A stretch of 33,778 bases of DNA, from the IMG/VR virus record IMGVR_UViG_2531839450_000016, positions 1 to 33,778 of that record. The stretch is one strand, 5' to 3'. Made by a program: the position numbers and the translations under genes. This document shows positions 1 through 9,340 of the stretch, one piece after another (position 1 is the first letter of the stretch; the number at the start of each line of letters is the position of its first letter). Below the pieces are notes generated by a model that was not told where the DNA came from, made no database searches, and saw only the letters and a list, made by a program, of their open reading frames with translations. The stretch is from a virus. Its lineage: Duplodnaviria > Heunggongvirae > Uroviricota > Caudoviricetes.

Positions 1-112
1 AACTGAAGTTGCCCTGAAAATGAAATTTTTTTGCACAACCGCAGAACTTTTCCGCAGGGCATCAGTCTTAATTAGTGCCACTGCTTTTCTTTGATGTCCC
101 CATTTTGTGGAG

Positions 113-155
113 CCCATCAACCCCGCCATTTCGGTTCAAGGTTGATGGGTTTTTT
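113..155 (+). terminator. Rho-independent terminator-like hairpin in flanking (probably host) DNA
   Basis: Perfect 10-bp stem CCCATCAACC (113-122) / GGTTGATGGG (140-149) followed directly by TTTTTT (150-155) on the + strand; lies outside the prophage core repeat. Confidence 0.5.
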
Positions 156-213
156 GTTGCCTGAAATTTAAGCTGTTTAAAATCATGATGTTAGAAGCAC
201 TGTTTTTTAACGA

Positions 214-235
214 TGGCGACAAAATGGCGGCAGCG
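214..235. repeat. Prophage attachment-site core copy (left end), direct repeat of 33739-33760
   Basis: TGGCGACAAAATGGCGGCAGCG matches TGGCGACAAAGTGGCGGCAGCG at 33739-33760 (21/22); sits immediately outside the ogr stop codon, where a P2-family att site is expected. Confidence 0.6.
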
Positions 236-454
236 TCAAAGAGAGAGCGCCACCTGTCCTGATTTCATTGGATGCGGCTGAACCGGATTTGACTCTTTTG
301 GCGTTGCAATCGAACGAACAAAAGTTTCATGGGTAACAAAAGTATGGCTGCAGTTAATGTTCTGGCACTGGTTGTAACGCTCTTTGGTCAATGAAGATAC
401 CTGAAAACTGCTGCGAGTATGGGCGGCACTTCCACACAGTGGGCAAATCATCAT
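236..454 (-). CDS. ogr: Ogr-type zinc-finger late transcription activator
   Basis: ORF-track translation from internal ATG: MMICPLCGSAAH...YNQCQNINCSHTF, the Cys4 pattern of P2 Ogr / P4 Delta; about 72 aa; GGAGAA ribosome-binding site upstream of the ATGATG at 449-454. Confidence 0.85.
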   Translation of the reverse strand: MMICPLCGSAAHTRSSFQVSSLTKERYNQCQNINCSHTFVTHETFVRSIATPKESNPVQPHPMKSGQVALSL

Positions 455-544
455 TTTTCGAGTTCTCCCCATTTTTGCTAAATTCACAATAATGATACCG
501 CATTATTCCATTTTGCAAACTTAAAAGTTCTCCATTGCGAAGAA

Positions 545-1645
545 TCATTCCATTTCGAAATCATCAATCCTCACTTCAAGCTCCAGACTGGTCGTAAAAC
601 CGTTATCCGGGCTGACGGTATGCGTCAGAGTCGTAATGGTCCATTCCGCATCATCTATCGGCTGTTTAAAACCACTGACCTTCACAGGCATTTCCGTGTA
701 GAGATCTGCCCGCCCTTCTGCCAGTTGTAGCGAAAATGACGCAACGCCGCGTTGCAGGCGTTCCCACTGCATTTTCGCCGCTCGTTCGGCGTTGCTCCGG
801 TTGGCATAAGTGCGATTAAGTACCAGCACGTTTTCATCCGTACCCACCAGGTAATCGCCCTGCTTCGCTTCTGGCTCTTTCTTCTGCTTCTTAGTTCTGC
901 GCTTACGCTTCACCGTGGTGCTTTCTTTCTTCGCAGGTTCGCGGGTATGCAACCAGCTGGCAATTACGCCCGTGTAGGCTCCGCGATCTGCCAGGGTAAA
1001 TCGGTGACTGTCGCCGTCCTTGCGTGTGATAGTGATCACTGGCAGAGGTTTACCAGTGGCGCTTTTGCCCTGCCCCTGCCGGATGAATAACAGATTGCCA
1101 TTTTTCACCGACGCGATGGCACCGTACTGTCGCGCCAGCCGCATCAGAAAACTGCCGTCACTCTCATTAGTCTGGTCTATATGCTCCACGGGCTTATCCG
1201 ACAGGTCTTTACCCAGTGCCATCTTCAGCTTGTGCCGCGCGGCTATTTCCTTCACCACTTCCCCGACGGTGGTCTTATGCCACGATTTTTCACGGCGGGT
1301 ATTCAGCGTTTCCCGAAAATCAGCACTTCGCGCCCGGATAGTCAGGCGGTCCGGTGCGCCAGTGTGTTCAATCTCGTCCACCGTGAATGTCCCTTTCGGG
1401 AAAAGCGGCTGCCCCTTCCAGCCCAGCGCCAGCGTAATGACCGCACCACGGCGCGGCAGCACGATTTTTCCGTCGGCGTCGTCCAGCTCCAGATCAAGCT
1501 GGTCCGCGTCAAAGCCCCGATTGTCCGTCAACGTCAGACTCATCAGACGGTTATCCAGCACAGTAGTGATATCCCTGCCCTCAATACTGATGCTGAATGC
1601 GGGAGTTTTGTTGCCTTTGTTAAGCAGTTCAGAGCTGAAATTCAC
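545..1645 (-). CDS. D: Late control / tail protein gpD
   Basis: 366-aa ORF between ogr and U on the same strand; size and position match P2 gene D. Confidence 0.85.
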   Translation of the reverse strand: MNFSSELLNKGNKTPAFSISIEGRDITTVLDNRLMSLTLTDNRGFDADQLDLELDDADGKIVLPRRGAVITLALGWKGQPLFPKGTFTVDEIEHTGAPDRLTIRARSADFRETLNTRREKSWHKTTVGEVVKEIAARHKLKMALGKDLSDKPVEHIDQTNESDGSFLMRLARQYGAIASVKNGNLLFIRQGQGKSATGKPLPVITITRKDGDSHRFTLADRGAYTGVIASWLHTREPAKKESTTVKRKRRTKKQKKEPEAKQGDYLVGTDENVLVLNRTYANRSNAERAAKMQWERLQRGVASFSLQLAEGRADLYTEMPVKVSGFKQPIDDAEWTITTLTHTVSPDNGFTTSLELEVRIDDFEME

Positions 1646-2127
1646 GACAGCAGCCCTCCCACCGTTTTACTGATATCACTTAAGGCAGATGTTGCCGTGT
1701 CCTGCAGATTATTCAGTTGCGTACTGAGATCACCGAACATATCGGACAGGGATTCATCCACCCGTTTGAGCGACAGGGTGAACTCAATCCGGCGCGGCAT
1801 ACCGTCGCGGAAAAACTCCGTTTTAGTCTGATTCAGTCCCTCAATCACATACATGCCGTAAATCGTGCCGCTGCCTTCAATCAGGGGCCATGCTTTTCCC
1901 TGTTCTGCCATCTGCTCCAGAGCCAGCAACGACAGCCTGCCGCCCGTTACCTCCGGCATAAGAACACCAGAAAGCGTCAGCATGTCGTTGTCCGGTCCCA
2001 GAAACTGCGTTGACGGGCGTCGGTTTACCCGGCTGTTTGCCGCATGTCGCCAGCTGCGTTGATACTGCAGCTCCTGATACGGCACGGTGCGCAGCATAAA
2101 CACGTACAATCCCAGCACCATCATCAT
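1642..2127 (-). CDS. U: Tail protein gpU
   Basis: 161-aa ORF, 4-nt overlap with D, downstream of the tape measure gene; P2 synteny. Confidence 0.8.
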   Translation of the reverse strand: MMMVLGLYVFMLRTVPYQELQYQRSWRHAANSRVNRRPSTQFLGPDNDMLTLSGVLMPEVTGGRLSLLALEQMAEQGKAWPLIEGSGTIYGMYVIEGLNQTKTEFFRDGMPRRIEFTLSLKRVDESLSDMFGDLSTQLNNLQDTATSALSDISKTVGGLLS

Positions 2128-5100
2128 GCGTCGTATCCCCCCTGATCGCTGTAGTTACTCCTGGCTTTTGCCTTCAGCCTGCGTTCACGTTCATCAAGCT
2201 GGCGGGCCACCTCCCACGCAATATCCTGCGCACTTTGTCCTGGCTGCGTCTGGATGATGATCTGCGTCGGTGCCTCAATCCTGTAAACAGGCGGCACAGT
2301 GGCTGCGCGACTCACAATTGCTTCTCCACCTTTCGCGGGAAGTGCCAAAGGGTGCAACGGTGGAAGCTCTGCTGGCGCGGCAGCAACGCCCATCATTCCG
2401 GCAACAACGGCAGCCAGTGCAGCTGTATTTCTCCGGCTGGTCACATTTGCCGGGCCGTTAACAATTTCCGGCCCGTTTTCACCGACGATGCCAAACTGCC
2501 CGCGCGGGATATAGCCGCCGCTGTCATACATCCCCGCAAAGCCATATCCCCATGACGGAAAACCACCCGATGGCATCATCACTTTACCGTCTGTATTCAC
2601 CGTCGCAGGTTGCTGACGCGTCACACTTTCCGGTAGTTTCGCCTTTGCGGCCTCTTTACTGACAACGCCGAGTTTCTCCAGCAACCAGGAAACGCCGGAT
2701 TTCAGGGAGTCCAGCGGATGCATGACCATATTCAGCCCTTCCGCCAGTGCCTCCCCGAATCGCCGCCCCATTGCCGCTGCACTCTGCAGTTCGGCAGAGG
2801 TCGACTTAACGGGCGTCAGCAGATCAGTAAACCAGCCCCACAACGCCTGTACTTTGTCGCCAATCCACTGGAACACGGGCTTAAGCGGTTCGAATGCTGC
2901 ACTGACGGGACCTGCCGCGGCTTTGAATCCTTCCACCACGCCACCAAGAAATGCGGTGATGGGCTGCCAGTATTTCCAGACAACCAGCGCCACGCCCGCC
3001 AGTGCAGTAACCACAAGAGCTATCGGACTGAGCAGAGCACCTAACAGACCAGATACGGCATACAGGGCAACGCGCAGCATCGCCAGTGGACCAGATGCCA
3101 GTACTCGCAGCACCGTGCCTGCGGCGGCCAGTCCACCGCGCAGTACCGCCAGAGGATTCATAAACATCACAGCAACAGCACGTAAACCGGATAATCCAGA
3201 CCGCAAAAGTGCAACCGGCGCACCTGCTACAGTTTTCAGGACATTTCCCGTCAGTGATGCCGTGCGGCGCAAAGACGACAACGGCGCAGTAAGTAAACCT
3301 GCGGCGTTGCCCGATGAAGCAAGCCCGCGTCGCAGCAGTGCCAGTGGTGCGCCAGCCAGCCAGGACAACGCGCTGCTGGTTCGAGTTACTGCTGCCGTAA
3401 CGGAAGGTAACGTTTTGATACCCAGCACAGAGAACCCCAGACGGATGACTGCCAGCGGCCCCAGCACTGCAGCTAACACCACCGCTAAGGTGCCGAGGCC
3501 CACGGTAACCGCAGCCACAACAGCCGCCGCTTTCATCAGTGTGCCCGTCAGTTCCGGGTTAGCTTCCACCCAGCGACGCAACGCCCCCGTGACGCTTTTC
3601 ACCGTGTACAGAATATCCATCAGCGGCTGGCGCAGCGTTTCGCCCAGGCTGCTGAAGGTGTTCTGCGCTCCGGTTTTGACCAGCAACCACTGAGCAGAAA
3701 GTGAGTCCTTGTTGATGTCGGATTCTTTCTGCATGGAACCGAGCGCATCATTGCCCGCTGTCAGCTTTAACTGGCGCTGCAGTTCCGGCAGGTTGTTTGC
3801 CAGTTTCGCCGCATCATCGCCAAACTCTTTACCAAACAACATGGTCATGGCAGACAGACGCTTGTCCTGCGGCAGTGCGTTCACCTTCTCCAGCACGCGC
3901 TGGATGGTTCCCATCGCATCCTTCGTCATTTGCTTTTCAATCAATTCAGGATTGAGTTTCAGCAGATTCATCCCTTCAAAGAAACTCTTGCTTTGCATGG
4001 TGGCAATGGACAATTCACGCACCATCGCGTTTGCTGCACTGGCTGCAACCTCCGGCGCAGCGCCCAGTGTCAGAAAGGTGGAACCCAGTGCCGCCGCTTT
4101 ACGATAATCCAGACGGTCAGCCACACCGCCCAGACGTTGCATCACATCAATGATGTCCGCCCCTTTCGACATGGCGTTATCATCCAGATAGTTCAGCGCA
4201 TCGCCGAGCTGTTCAATATTGCGGGTAGGTATTTTGTAGAGCTGGGCGATTTTCCCCAGACTTTCTGACAGTTCATCCGCTGGCAGCTCAAAGGCTGTTG
4301 CCGCCTTTGCTGCCGTACTGGCGAAGGCCAGCAGGTCACGTTTCTGGTCTTCCCAGCTGTCGTCAGGGTTTGCGACGTTCATGCGCGCACCACCTTCAAC
4401 CAGTGCAGCGAAGTCCACCGCACCGTTTTCCATCGGCAACTGTTCGCTGGCAGCCTTGATGGCATCCTGCATTTCATAAAAACGTGCAGTACGGTTTCCA
4501 TTATCGTCACGCAGACCATTGACCTGCTTTGCCACACCTTTCATGGCATCTTCCATGCTGGTATAGCTTTTTACTGCCGCCATCACTGGCGTCCCCATTG
4601 CCAGCCCTGCAGCCGTGGTAGTGGCTCCGGCTCCTGCAATACGATCGCGCACCTCCAGCGAACGGGCATAACTGGCACGCGCCGCATTCATCCTGCGCTG
4701 AGCTTCACCCAGTCGCTTCAGCCGCGCCTCCTGTTTCGACAATTCCTGGTTATAACGTGATGTTTCACGGGCTAAACGGGCAGTTGCTCCCGCATCATCT
4801 TTCGCAGAAATTCCCGCCCGGTACAGTTCTGCACGCACAAGCGCCGTTTGCTTCTGCAAATATTTTTGTTGTTCTTCCAGGCGTTGGACTGCCAGCGTTT
4901 GCCGACCTAAAGCCACAAGGTGCCGTTGTGATGGTTGTTCCATCGCCTCCAGCTCAGAGCTAAGCAAATTAGCCTTCTGTCTGGCATAGTTCAGCCTGTC
5001 GCCTAACTTCTTGTTATCGGCCTGCAGCTTGCGAAATTTTTCCAGGCTGTTACCCGCCTGATTGAGTTGCTTTAATGCGTCACGGGAGTTTCTGATTGCG

Positions 5101-5201
5101 CCAGCCAGCTCTTTCGAACTGGCCTGTGCAGCACGGAATGGGCGGGTGAGTTTGTCAACCGCATTAAGAATGACCTGCAGCCGCAGGTTATTATTACTCA
5201 T
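2124..5201 (-). CDS. T: Tail tape measure protein gpT
   Basis: 1025-aa ORF with coiled-coil N-terminus, Ala/Gly-rich hydrophobic central repeats and a C-terminal region; position between E/E' and U. Confidence 0.9.
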   Translation of the reverse strand: MSNNNLRLQVILNAVDKLTRPFRAAQASSKELAGAIRNSRDALKQLNQAGNSLEKFRKLQADNKKLGDRLNYARQKANLLSSELEAMEQPSQRHLVALGRQTLAVQRLEEQQKYLQKQTALVRAELYRAGISAKDDAGATARLARETSRYNQELSKQEARLKRLGEAQRRMNAARASYARSLEVRDRIAGAGATTTAAGLAMGTPVMAAVKSYTSMEDAMKGVAKQVNGLRDDNGNRTARFYEMQDAIKAASEQLPMENGAVDFAALVEGGARMNVANPDDSWEDQKRDLLAFASTAAKAATAFELPADELSESLGKIAQLYKIPTRNIEQLGDALNYLDDNAMSKGADIIDVMQRLGGVADRLDYRKAAALGSTFLTLGAAPEVAASAANAMVRELSIATMQSKSFFEGMNLLKLNPELIEKQMTKDAMGTIQRVLEKVNALPQDKRLSAMTMLFGKEFGDDAAKLANNLPELQRQLKLTAGNDALGSMQKESDINKDSLSAQWLLVKTGAQNTFSSLGETLRQPLMDILYTVKSVTGALRRWVEANPELTGTLMKAAAVVAAVTVGLGTLAVVLAAVLGPLAVIRLGFSVLGIKTLPSVTAAVTRTSSALSWLAGAPLALLRRGLASSGNAAGLLTAPLSSLRRTASLTGNVLKTVAGAPVALLRSGLSGLRAVAVMFMNPLAVLRGGLAAAGTVLRVLASGPLAMLRVALYAVSGLLGALLSPIALVVTALAGVALVVWKYWQPITAFLGGVVEGFKAAAGPVSAAFEPLKPVFQWIGDKVQALWGWFTDLLTPVKSTSAELQSAAAMGRRFGEALAEGLNMVMHPLDSLKSGVSWLLEKLGVVSKEAAKAKLPESVTRQQPATVNTDGKVMMPSGGFPSWGYGFAGMYDSGGYIPRGQFGIVGENGPEIVNGPANVTSRRNTAALAAVVAGMMGVAAAPAELPPLHPLALPAKGGEAIVSRAATVPPVYRIEAPTQIIIQTQPGQSAQDIAWEVARQLDERERRLKAKARSNYSDQGGYDA

Positions 5202-5630
5202 CGTTGGCCCCGCTTCTCTGAATCGCTTTATACCGCCATTCCAGCACTTCGGTCAGCGGCATAACGTCAGTAACGGATGGCGGCCAGTGAAAAATGGTGG
5301 CGATATCTGCCACCAGATCGTCAACCGTCAGGCTGTCGGTAAACCGGCAAGCACCGACTTCTTCAACAAAAAAGTGACAACCTCAACCGACATGGCAGTG
5401 AGATCTGCCGGGTCAATCTCTGCAATTTCCTGTGCAGTCAGTACCGGACTGGAGATGCGGGGGATCACGGTCATCATCGCGTTCACATCCATATCCATAA
5501 TGGCCTGCAGGCGTGTACCGCGCAGCGCACCGGACTGCGGTTTACGCAGCACAATTTCGGTAATTTCTGTTTTACCGCGCTTGATAGGGGTATCCAGTTG
5601 AATGGTCTTTTCAGTCTGCTTATCGCTCAT
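5194..5630 (-). CDS. gpE+E' tail assembly chaperone made by programmed -1 frameshift
   Basis: The -1 frame after the slippery site T TTT TTG (minus strand, 5367-5373) stays open for about 59 codons (FFVEEVGACRFTDSLTVDDLVADIATIFHWPPS...GANDE) and stops at 5194-5196, overlapping the T start codon; this is the conserved chaperone arrangement upstream of tape measure genes. Confidence 0.6.
5328..5630 (-). CDS. E: Tail assembly chaperone gpE
   Basis: 100-aa ORF directly upstream of the tape measure gene; ends in ...VTFLLKKSVLAGLPTA with a T-TTT-TTG slippery heptamer near the 3' end. Confidence 0.85.
   Translation of the reverse strand: MSDKQTEKTIQLDTPIKRGKTEITEIVLRKPQSGALRGTRLQAIMDMDVNAMMTVIPRISSPVLTAQEIAEIDPADLTAMSVEVVTFLLKKSVLAGLPTA
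5367..5373 (-). other. Slippery heptamer T-TTT-TTG for the E/E' -1 ribosomal frameshift
   Basis: Read directly from the minus strand within codons Thr-Phe-Leu of E. Confidence 0.6.
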
Positions 5631-5684
5631 TTTGTTGTCCTGTAAATTGGGTTCTGGCGCGGTATCCCGCGCCGTTCAGATAGA

Positions 5685-6200
5685 TCAGAGGCCGAGGGCG
5701 TTGCGGTGCGCTTCCATCAGGTCTACACCGTCCACAATTTCCACCATGTTGATAAGGTCCACTTCATAGAGCACCTCACCATTGATGGTCAGCTTCGCGT
5801 AGCTGTTGGTACTGGTCACTTTGGTGGTGTTGCTTTCGCCCGTCTTCCACTCGCCGGAATCCACTTCTTTGTGACGTCCACGCACCACAAGCTCCACAGC
5901 CTGCACTTCCCCGGTATCGTCACGCTGGATAGAGCCGGTAAAGCGCAGCTGGATGCCATCCACCGTGGCTTTGCCCATCTGCTTAAACAGCAGCAGTTCA
6001 GTACCACCAATGGAAAATTCTGTATCCAGTGCACTGTCATCCAGTCCCAGATCCACATCCACCACCCCCGGCATTCCGCCACCGCGATACTTCTCATATT
6101 TGCGGGTGAATTTCGGCAGCGTCAGCGACTCAACGATCCCCTGCCAGTTGTTCCCGTCGTTAAACAGGTTCAGGTGTTTTAATTTGCGTGGTAAAGCCAT
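5685..6200 (-). CDS. FII: Tail tube protein gpFII
   Basis: 171-aa ORF immediately downstream of the sheath gene; P2 synteny and size. Confidence 0.9.
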   Translation of the reverse strand: MALPRKLKHLNLFNDGNNWQGIVESLTLPKFTRKYEKYRGGGMPGVVDVDLGLDDSALDTEFSIGGTELLLFKQMGKATVDGIQLRFTGSIQRDDTGEVQAVELVVRGRHKEVDSGEWKTGESNTTKVTSTNSYAKLTINGEVLYEVDLINMVEIVDGVDLMEAHRNALGL

Positions 6201-6209
6201 GTTGTCCCC

Positions 6210-7382
6210 TTACGCGCTGACCTGGCTGGCAAAATTCACCAGGTACTGATCGGTGATGCGCTGGCGCAGCATCAGATTTTCAAGTGGCGGCACTGGCGTG
6301 TAGTCATAGTCGATGGTGAGTTTTCCGGCTTTCAGCGTGTCTTTGTCGTTCACCGACTCATCCAGCCAGCAATCACCACCAATGAGATAGCCTTGACTGA
6401 CCAGGCTGCGCATTTTGGCGCGGATACCTTCGATAATGTCGCGGGCCAGCGACGGGTTAAGCGGTTTATCCACCGCCCACATGTGTGCTTCTGCCATCGT
6501 GTCCATCAGCACCTGCGCCGTGCGGGTGTAGTTTTCGAAGGCAAAGAGCGGGTCATCACTCAGGCAGCGGGAACCCCAGAAGCGGAAACCGTCTTTACGC
6601 ACAAGTGTGGTGACGTCGTTCTGGTTCAGCAGACCTGCATCGGTTGCCGGGTCCTGCAGATCCCAGAACACATCTGCAGAAATTCCGGTGACACCGTTCA
6701 CGCCCACGTTGGACAGGCTTTTGTGCCATCCGGTCTGCTCGTCAATTTTGGCGCGCAGACCAAGCGCACGGGCGGTGGCATATGCCGTTGCTTCGGCATT
6801 CAGCACCGTGTCCCAGCCAGTAAAGTCAGGCCAGATCAGCATCCCTTCGCGCTGGCTGAAGTTTTCACGGTAAGTGATCGCCTCCTGTACCGTCTTGCAG
6901 CCATACGCTGACAGGTAAGCAAATCCACGCAGGCTTTGCGCCACGCTCAGCAACTCAGTAGCTACCGCCTTGGTGTCGTGGCCTGGCACGCCGAGAATGC
7001 GCGGTTTAACGCCGAGCTGAGCCTGTGCAGATAACAGGGCTTTCATACCTGTTTTTTTACCTTCAGCAGTCACTGCGCCGATGATATTGGTCGTGGTTTC
7101 GTCTTCCGTTTCACCCTGCGGCACACGCACAACAACGGTCACGGGTTTTGCCTGGTCAGCGATGGCATCCAGCGAACGAGCCAGCGTGCCTGACTCACCC
7201 GCTTTACCGCTGGCAGTCAGCACATCAGTGATCAGCACGGGTTTATTAAGAGGAAACATTTTTGCATCGGCATCATCGCCCGTGCAGACCATACCCACGA
7301 TGGCGGTGCTCACCGTGGTAATGGATCGGGTGCCTTCGTTGACTTCAACAACGCGCACCCCGTGGTGGTAATCCTGAGCCAT
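6210..7382 (-). CDS. FI: Contractile tail sheath protein gpFI
   Basis: 390-aa ORF, first gene of the FI-FII-E-T-U-D operon; P2 synteny and size. Confidence 0.9.
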   Translation of the reverse strand: MAQDYHHGVRVVEVNEGTRSITTVSTAIVGMVCTGDDADAKMFPLNKPVLITDVLTASGKAGESGTLARSLDAIADQAKPVTVVVRVPQGETEDETTTNIIGAVTAEGKKTGMKALLSAQAQLGVKPRILGVPGHDTKAVATELLSVAQSLRGFAYLSAYGCKTVQEAITYRENFSQREGMLIWPDFTGWDTVLNAEATAYATARALGLRAKIDEQTGWHKSLSNVGVNGVTGISADVFWDLQDPATDAGLLNQNDVTTLVRKDGFRFWGSRCLSDDPLFAFENYTRTAQVLMDTMAEAHMWAVDKPLNPSLARDIIEGIRAKMRSLVSQGYLIGGDCWLDESVNDKDTLKAGKLTIDYDYTPVPPLENLMLRQRITDQYLVNFASQVSA

Positions 7383-7458
7383 AGTGGCGAACCTCCTGAT
7401 TGGATTAGGCTTCGCCCTATGTTGAAGTGATTGTGCCTGACAAACAGCTAAGCGCAGT

Positions 7459-7476
7459 TGTATCGTTATTCATACA
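7459..7476. promoter_or_regulatory. Candidate Ogr-binding dyad (TGT-N12-ACA) of the late promoter for the FI operon
   Basis: TGTatcgttattcatACA about 85 bp upstream of the FI start codon; P2/186 late promoters carry a TGT-N12-ACA element near -55. Confidence 0.45.
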
Positions 7477-7524
7477 AAATGACGGTATTTGTCTGCTTGC
7501 AGGGATAATCAACATAATGCTGAT

Positions 7525-8097
7525 TCAGGGGGATTCATTGCTCTTATTTGCCGGAAATTTTCTATAAATTGTGGAAACACCCACATCAAAAATCAGTGCA
7601 ATACGCTGTCTTGATTCTCCGGCCTCGAGTAAACGTCCAATCTGTGCCCACTGTTCGGTGGTCAACTTAGGACGGCGTCCACCTACTCTGCCTTTAGCAC
7701 GAGCTGCAGCCAGCCCCGCCCTGGTACGTTCAACTATCAGTTCGCGTTCCATTTCAGCCAGGGCCCCCATGACATGAAAAAAGAAACGGCCCATTGGGGT
7801 GCTGGTATCAATACTGTCAGTCAGGCTTCGGAAATTCACGCCACGCTGGCGCAGCTCTTCTATCAGCGTAACGAGATGCCGCATACTGCGCCCCAACCTG
7901 TCCAGCTTCCAGACAACCAGAGTGTCACCTGCCGATAATGTCCTGAGCAGTTTTTTCAGTCCCGGTCTGTCGGACTTAGTGCCACTGATTTTGTCCTCAA
8001 AAATCCGCTCACATCCCGCGCAGTTCAGTGCATTACGTTGCAAATCGGTGTTCTGGTCATTTGTTGACACGCGTACATAGCCAATAAGCATGATCAA
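7525..8097 (-). CDS. Serine DNA invertase (Hin/Gin/Cin/Pin family)
   Basis: 190-aa ORF with the resolvase/invertase catalytic N-terminus (GYVRVSTNDQ...) and C-terminal HTH (SRQRIALIFDVGVSTIYR); lies beside a segment bounded by inverted gix/cix-like sites. Confidence 0.9.
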   Translation of the reverse strand: MIMLIGYVRVSTNDQNTDLQRNALNCAGCERIFEDKISGTKSDRPGLKKLLRTLSAGDTLVVWKLDRLGRSMRHLVTLIEELRQRGVNFRSLTDSIDTSTPMGRFFFHVMGALAEMERELIVERTRAGLAAARAKGRVGGRRPKLTTEQWAQIGRLLEAGESRQRIALIFDVGVSTIYRKFPANKSNESP

Positions 8098-8146
8098 TCC
8101 CCTGAATAAAAACCGGGGATGATGCCAGTTAGCTGTTACCTCTGCA

Positions 8147-8172
8147 TTTTCTTAAACGTTGGTTTGGGAGAA
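8147..8172. repeat. Invertase crossover site 1 (cix/gix-like 26-mer)
   Basis: TTTTCTTAAACGTTGGTTTGGGAGAA; its reverse complement shares the 14-nt TTCTCCCAAACCAA with the site at 9677-9702; fits the TTnTnnnAAACC-nn-GGTTTnnnAnAA pattern of Din-family sites. Confidence 0.7.
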
Positions 8173-8526
8173 GCGGCAAAACGAAATGTGGGTAACGAGC
8201 AAAACCAAATTCCGGATATGGCGGCGTTTGCCAGTTCACTTTCATCAACGGGTTTTCAAAAACTCCCTTCAGGTCTGATTATTCAGTGGGGTATAGTCAG
8301 TGGAGCATCAAACTATACGGTGACTTACCCGGTAACATTCCCAAATCGTTCACTTGCGCTGTTGGCTGTACCACATACAACGTCGGTGGCGGGTATATCT
8401 GCAATGGGCATAGCGAACTGTTCTGATATCAGCAAATCACAGTTCTATATAATTGTTGGCGGTATATCTCAGGGAGAAATTGTCAAATATGAAAGGTCCT
8501 GTTTTTGGGTAGCAATCGGTGTATAG
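8161..8526 (+). CDS. Silent alternative tail-fibre C-terminal cassette (would fuse to H after inversion)
   Basis: Open frame begins at the crossover site with GLGE, the same junction residues as in H (..AYLGLGELS..); shares LIIQWG with the expressed H C-terminus; has no constant N-terminal part in this orientation. Confidence 0.6.
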   Translation, partial: GLGEAAKRNVGNEQNQIPDMAAFASSLSSTGFQKLPSGLIIQWGIVSGASNYTVTYPVTFPNRSLALLAVPHTTSVAGISAMGIANCSDISKSQFYIIVGGISQGEIVKYERSCFWVAIGV

Positions 8527-8534
8527 GTATATCT

Positions 8535-8930
8535 ATGATTTATTTCTCAAAATCGACTAATGGTTTTTTCTTCGATGGTATAAACAGTGACATGCCTGCT
8601 GACATTGTTGAGATATGTACAGACTTATACAATGAATTAATTGCCGGACAGCAGGAAGGGGGTAAATTAATTACGTCAGATGAAAATGGTTTACCGGTAC
8701 TAAAATCCCCGGCGATTGATTATGTCGCACGTGCGGAAAATCAGCGAATGCAGTTACTTGCTCATGCCGATAATGTCACAGCTGACTGGCGAGTGGAATT
8801 AATGCTTGGTGATATTAGCAGTACAGATAAAGAAAAACTATCCGCCTGGATGGACTACAAAAAAGAAGTAAAAGCCGTCGACACTTCGACGGCTCCTGAG
8901 ATTAGCTGGCCTGAGTTACCGGAGGTGTAG
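8535..8930 (+). CDS. Alternative tail-fibre assembly chaperone
   Basis: ORF starting MIYFSKSTNGFFFDG..., ending ...VDTSTAPEISWPELPEV, the typical C-terminus of tail-fibre assembly proteins; follows the silent cassette. Confidence 0.7.
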   Translation: MIYFSKSTNGFFFDGINSDMPADIVEICTDLYNELIAGQQEGGKLITSDENGLPVLKSPAIDYVARAENQRMQLLAHADNVTADWRVELMLGDISSTDKEKLSAWMDYKKEVKAVDTSTAPEISWPELPEV

Positions 8931-9339
8931 GCCATTCAATATCTGGAGCACTGGAGGTATCCACCAGTTCCAGTGCGTCCAGGTAATCCAGCCACAAATT
9001 ATATAGTGCCAGTTCCTCACCTTTCAGACGACCAATAGCTGCTTTGCCAGGCCATTGCTTACTGTTCATGTATTCGTTGGCCTGATTAAGCAATAATTGC
9101 CTTTCTGTTTCTGCCTGTTGAATAAGTTCTTCATGTGATGGTGGAGGTATTAGTGCCCATGTGGGTAATCCATTTTTTCCTGCAACACGAATTTTGTCAT
9201 CTGGGGGCGTATTGATTGCAAATTCATTATAAACATCATCACTGACAGCCAGAGCATCATCTGGCCATGAATTTGCATTAATGTAATCATCCTTAAGCGC
9301 AGGATTCACAAAAATGTTTAAAGATGGACTATAAAACAT
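8902..9339 (-). CDS. Tail-fibre assembly chaperone (expressed orientation)
   Basis: 145-aa ORF immediately downstream of H, ending ...LVDTSSAPDIEWPTPPV. Confidence 0.8.
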   Translation of the reverse strand: MFYSPSLNIFVNPALKDDYINANSWPDDALAVSDDVYNEFAINTPPDDKIRVAGKNGLPTWALIPPPSHEELIQQAETERQLLLNQANEYMNSKQWPGKAAIGRLKGEELALYNLWLDYLDALELVDTSSAPDIEWPTPPVTQAS

Positions 9340-9340
9340 A

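Noticed and set aside
354-548. 64-aa minus-strand ORF overlapping ogr
   Set aside because: Overlaps the conserved ogr coding sequence in another frame; ogr has the recognisable zinc-finger pattern and a ribosome-binding site.
752-1831. Several overlapping plus-strand ORFs (752-1090, 1020-1673, 1181-1831) antisense to D and U
   Set aside because: Antisense to well-supported late genes, mutually overlapping, no ribosome-binding sites noted, junk-like composition.
2722-3693. 323-aa plus-strand ORF (Ala/Thr/Ser/Pro/Arg-rich) antisense to the tape measure gene
   Set aside because: Lies entirely within and opposite to the 1025-aa tape measure ORF in GC-rich DNA; low-complexity translation typical of spurious antisense frames.
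8275-8291. 17-bp sequence CTGATTATTCAGTGGGG present in inverted orientation at 8275-8291 and 9573-9589
   Set aside because: Encodes the shared LIIQWG motif of the two alternative fibre C-termini; more likely coding homology between cassettes than a recombination site, and it lacks the AAACC/GGTTT half-site structure.
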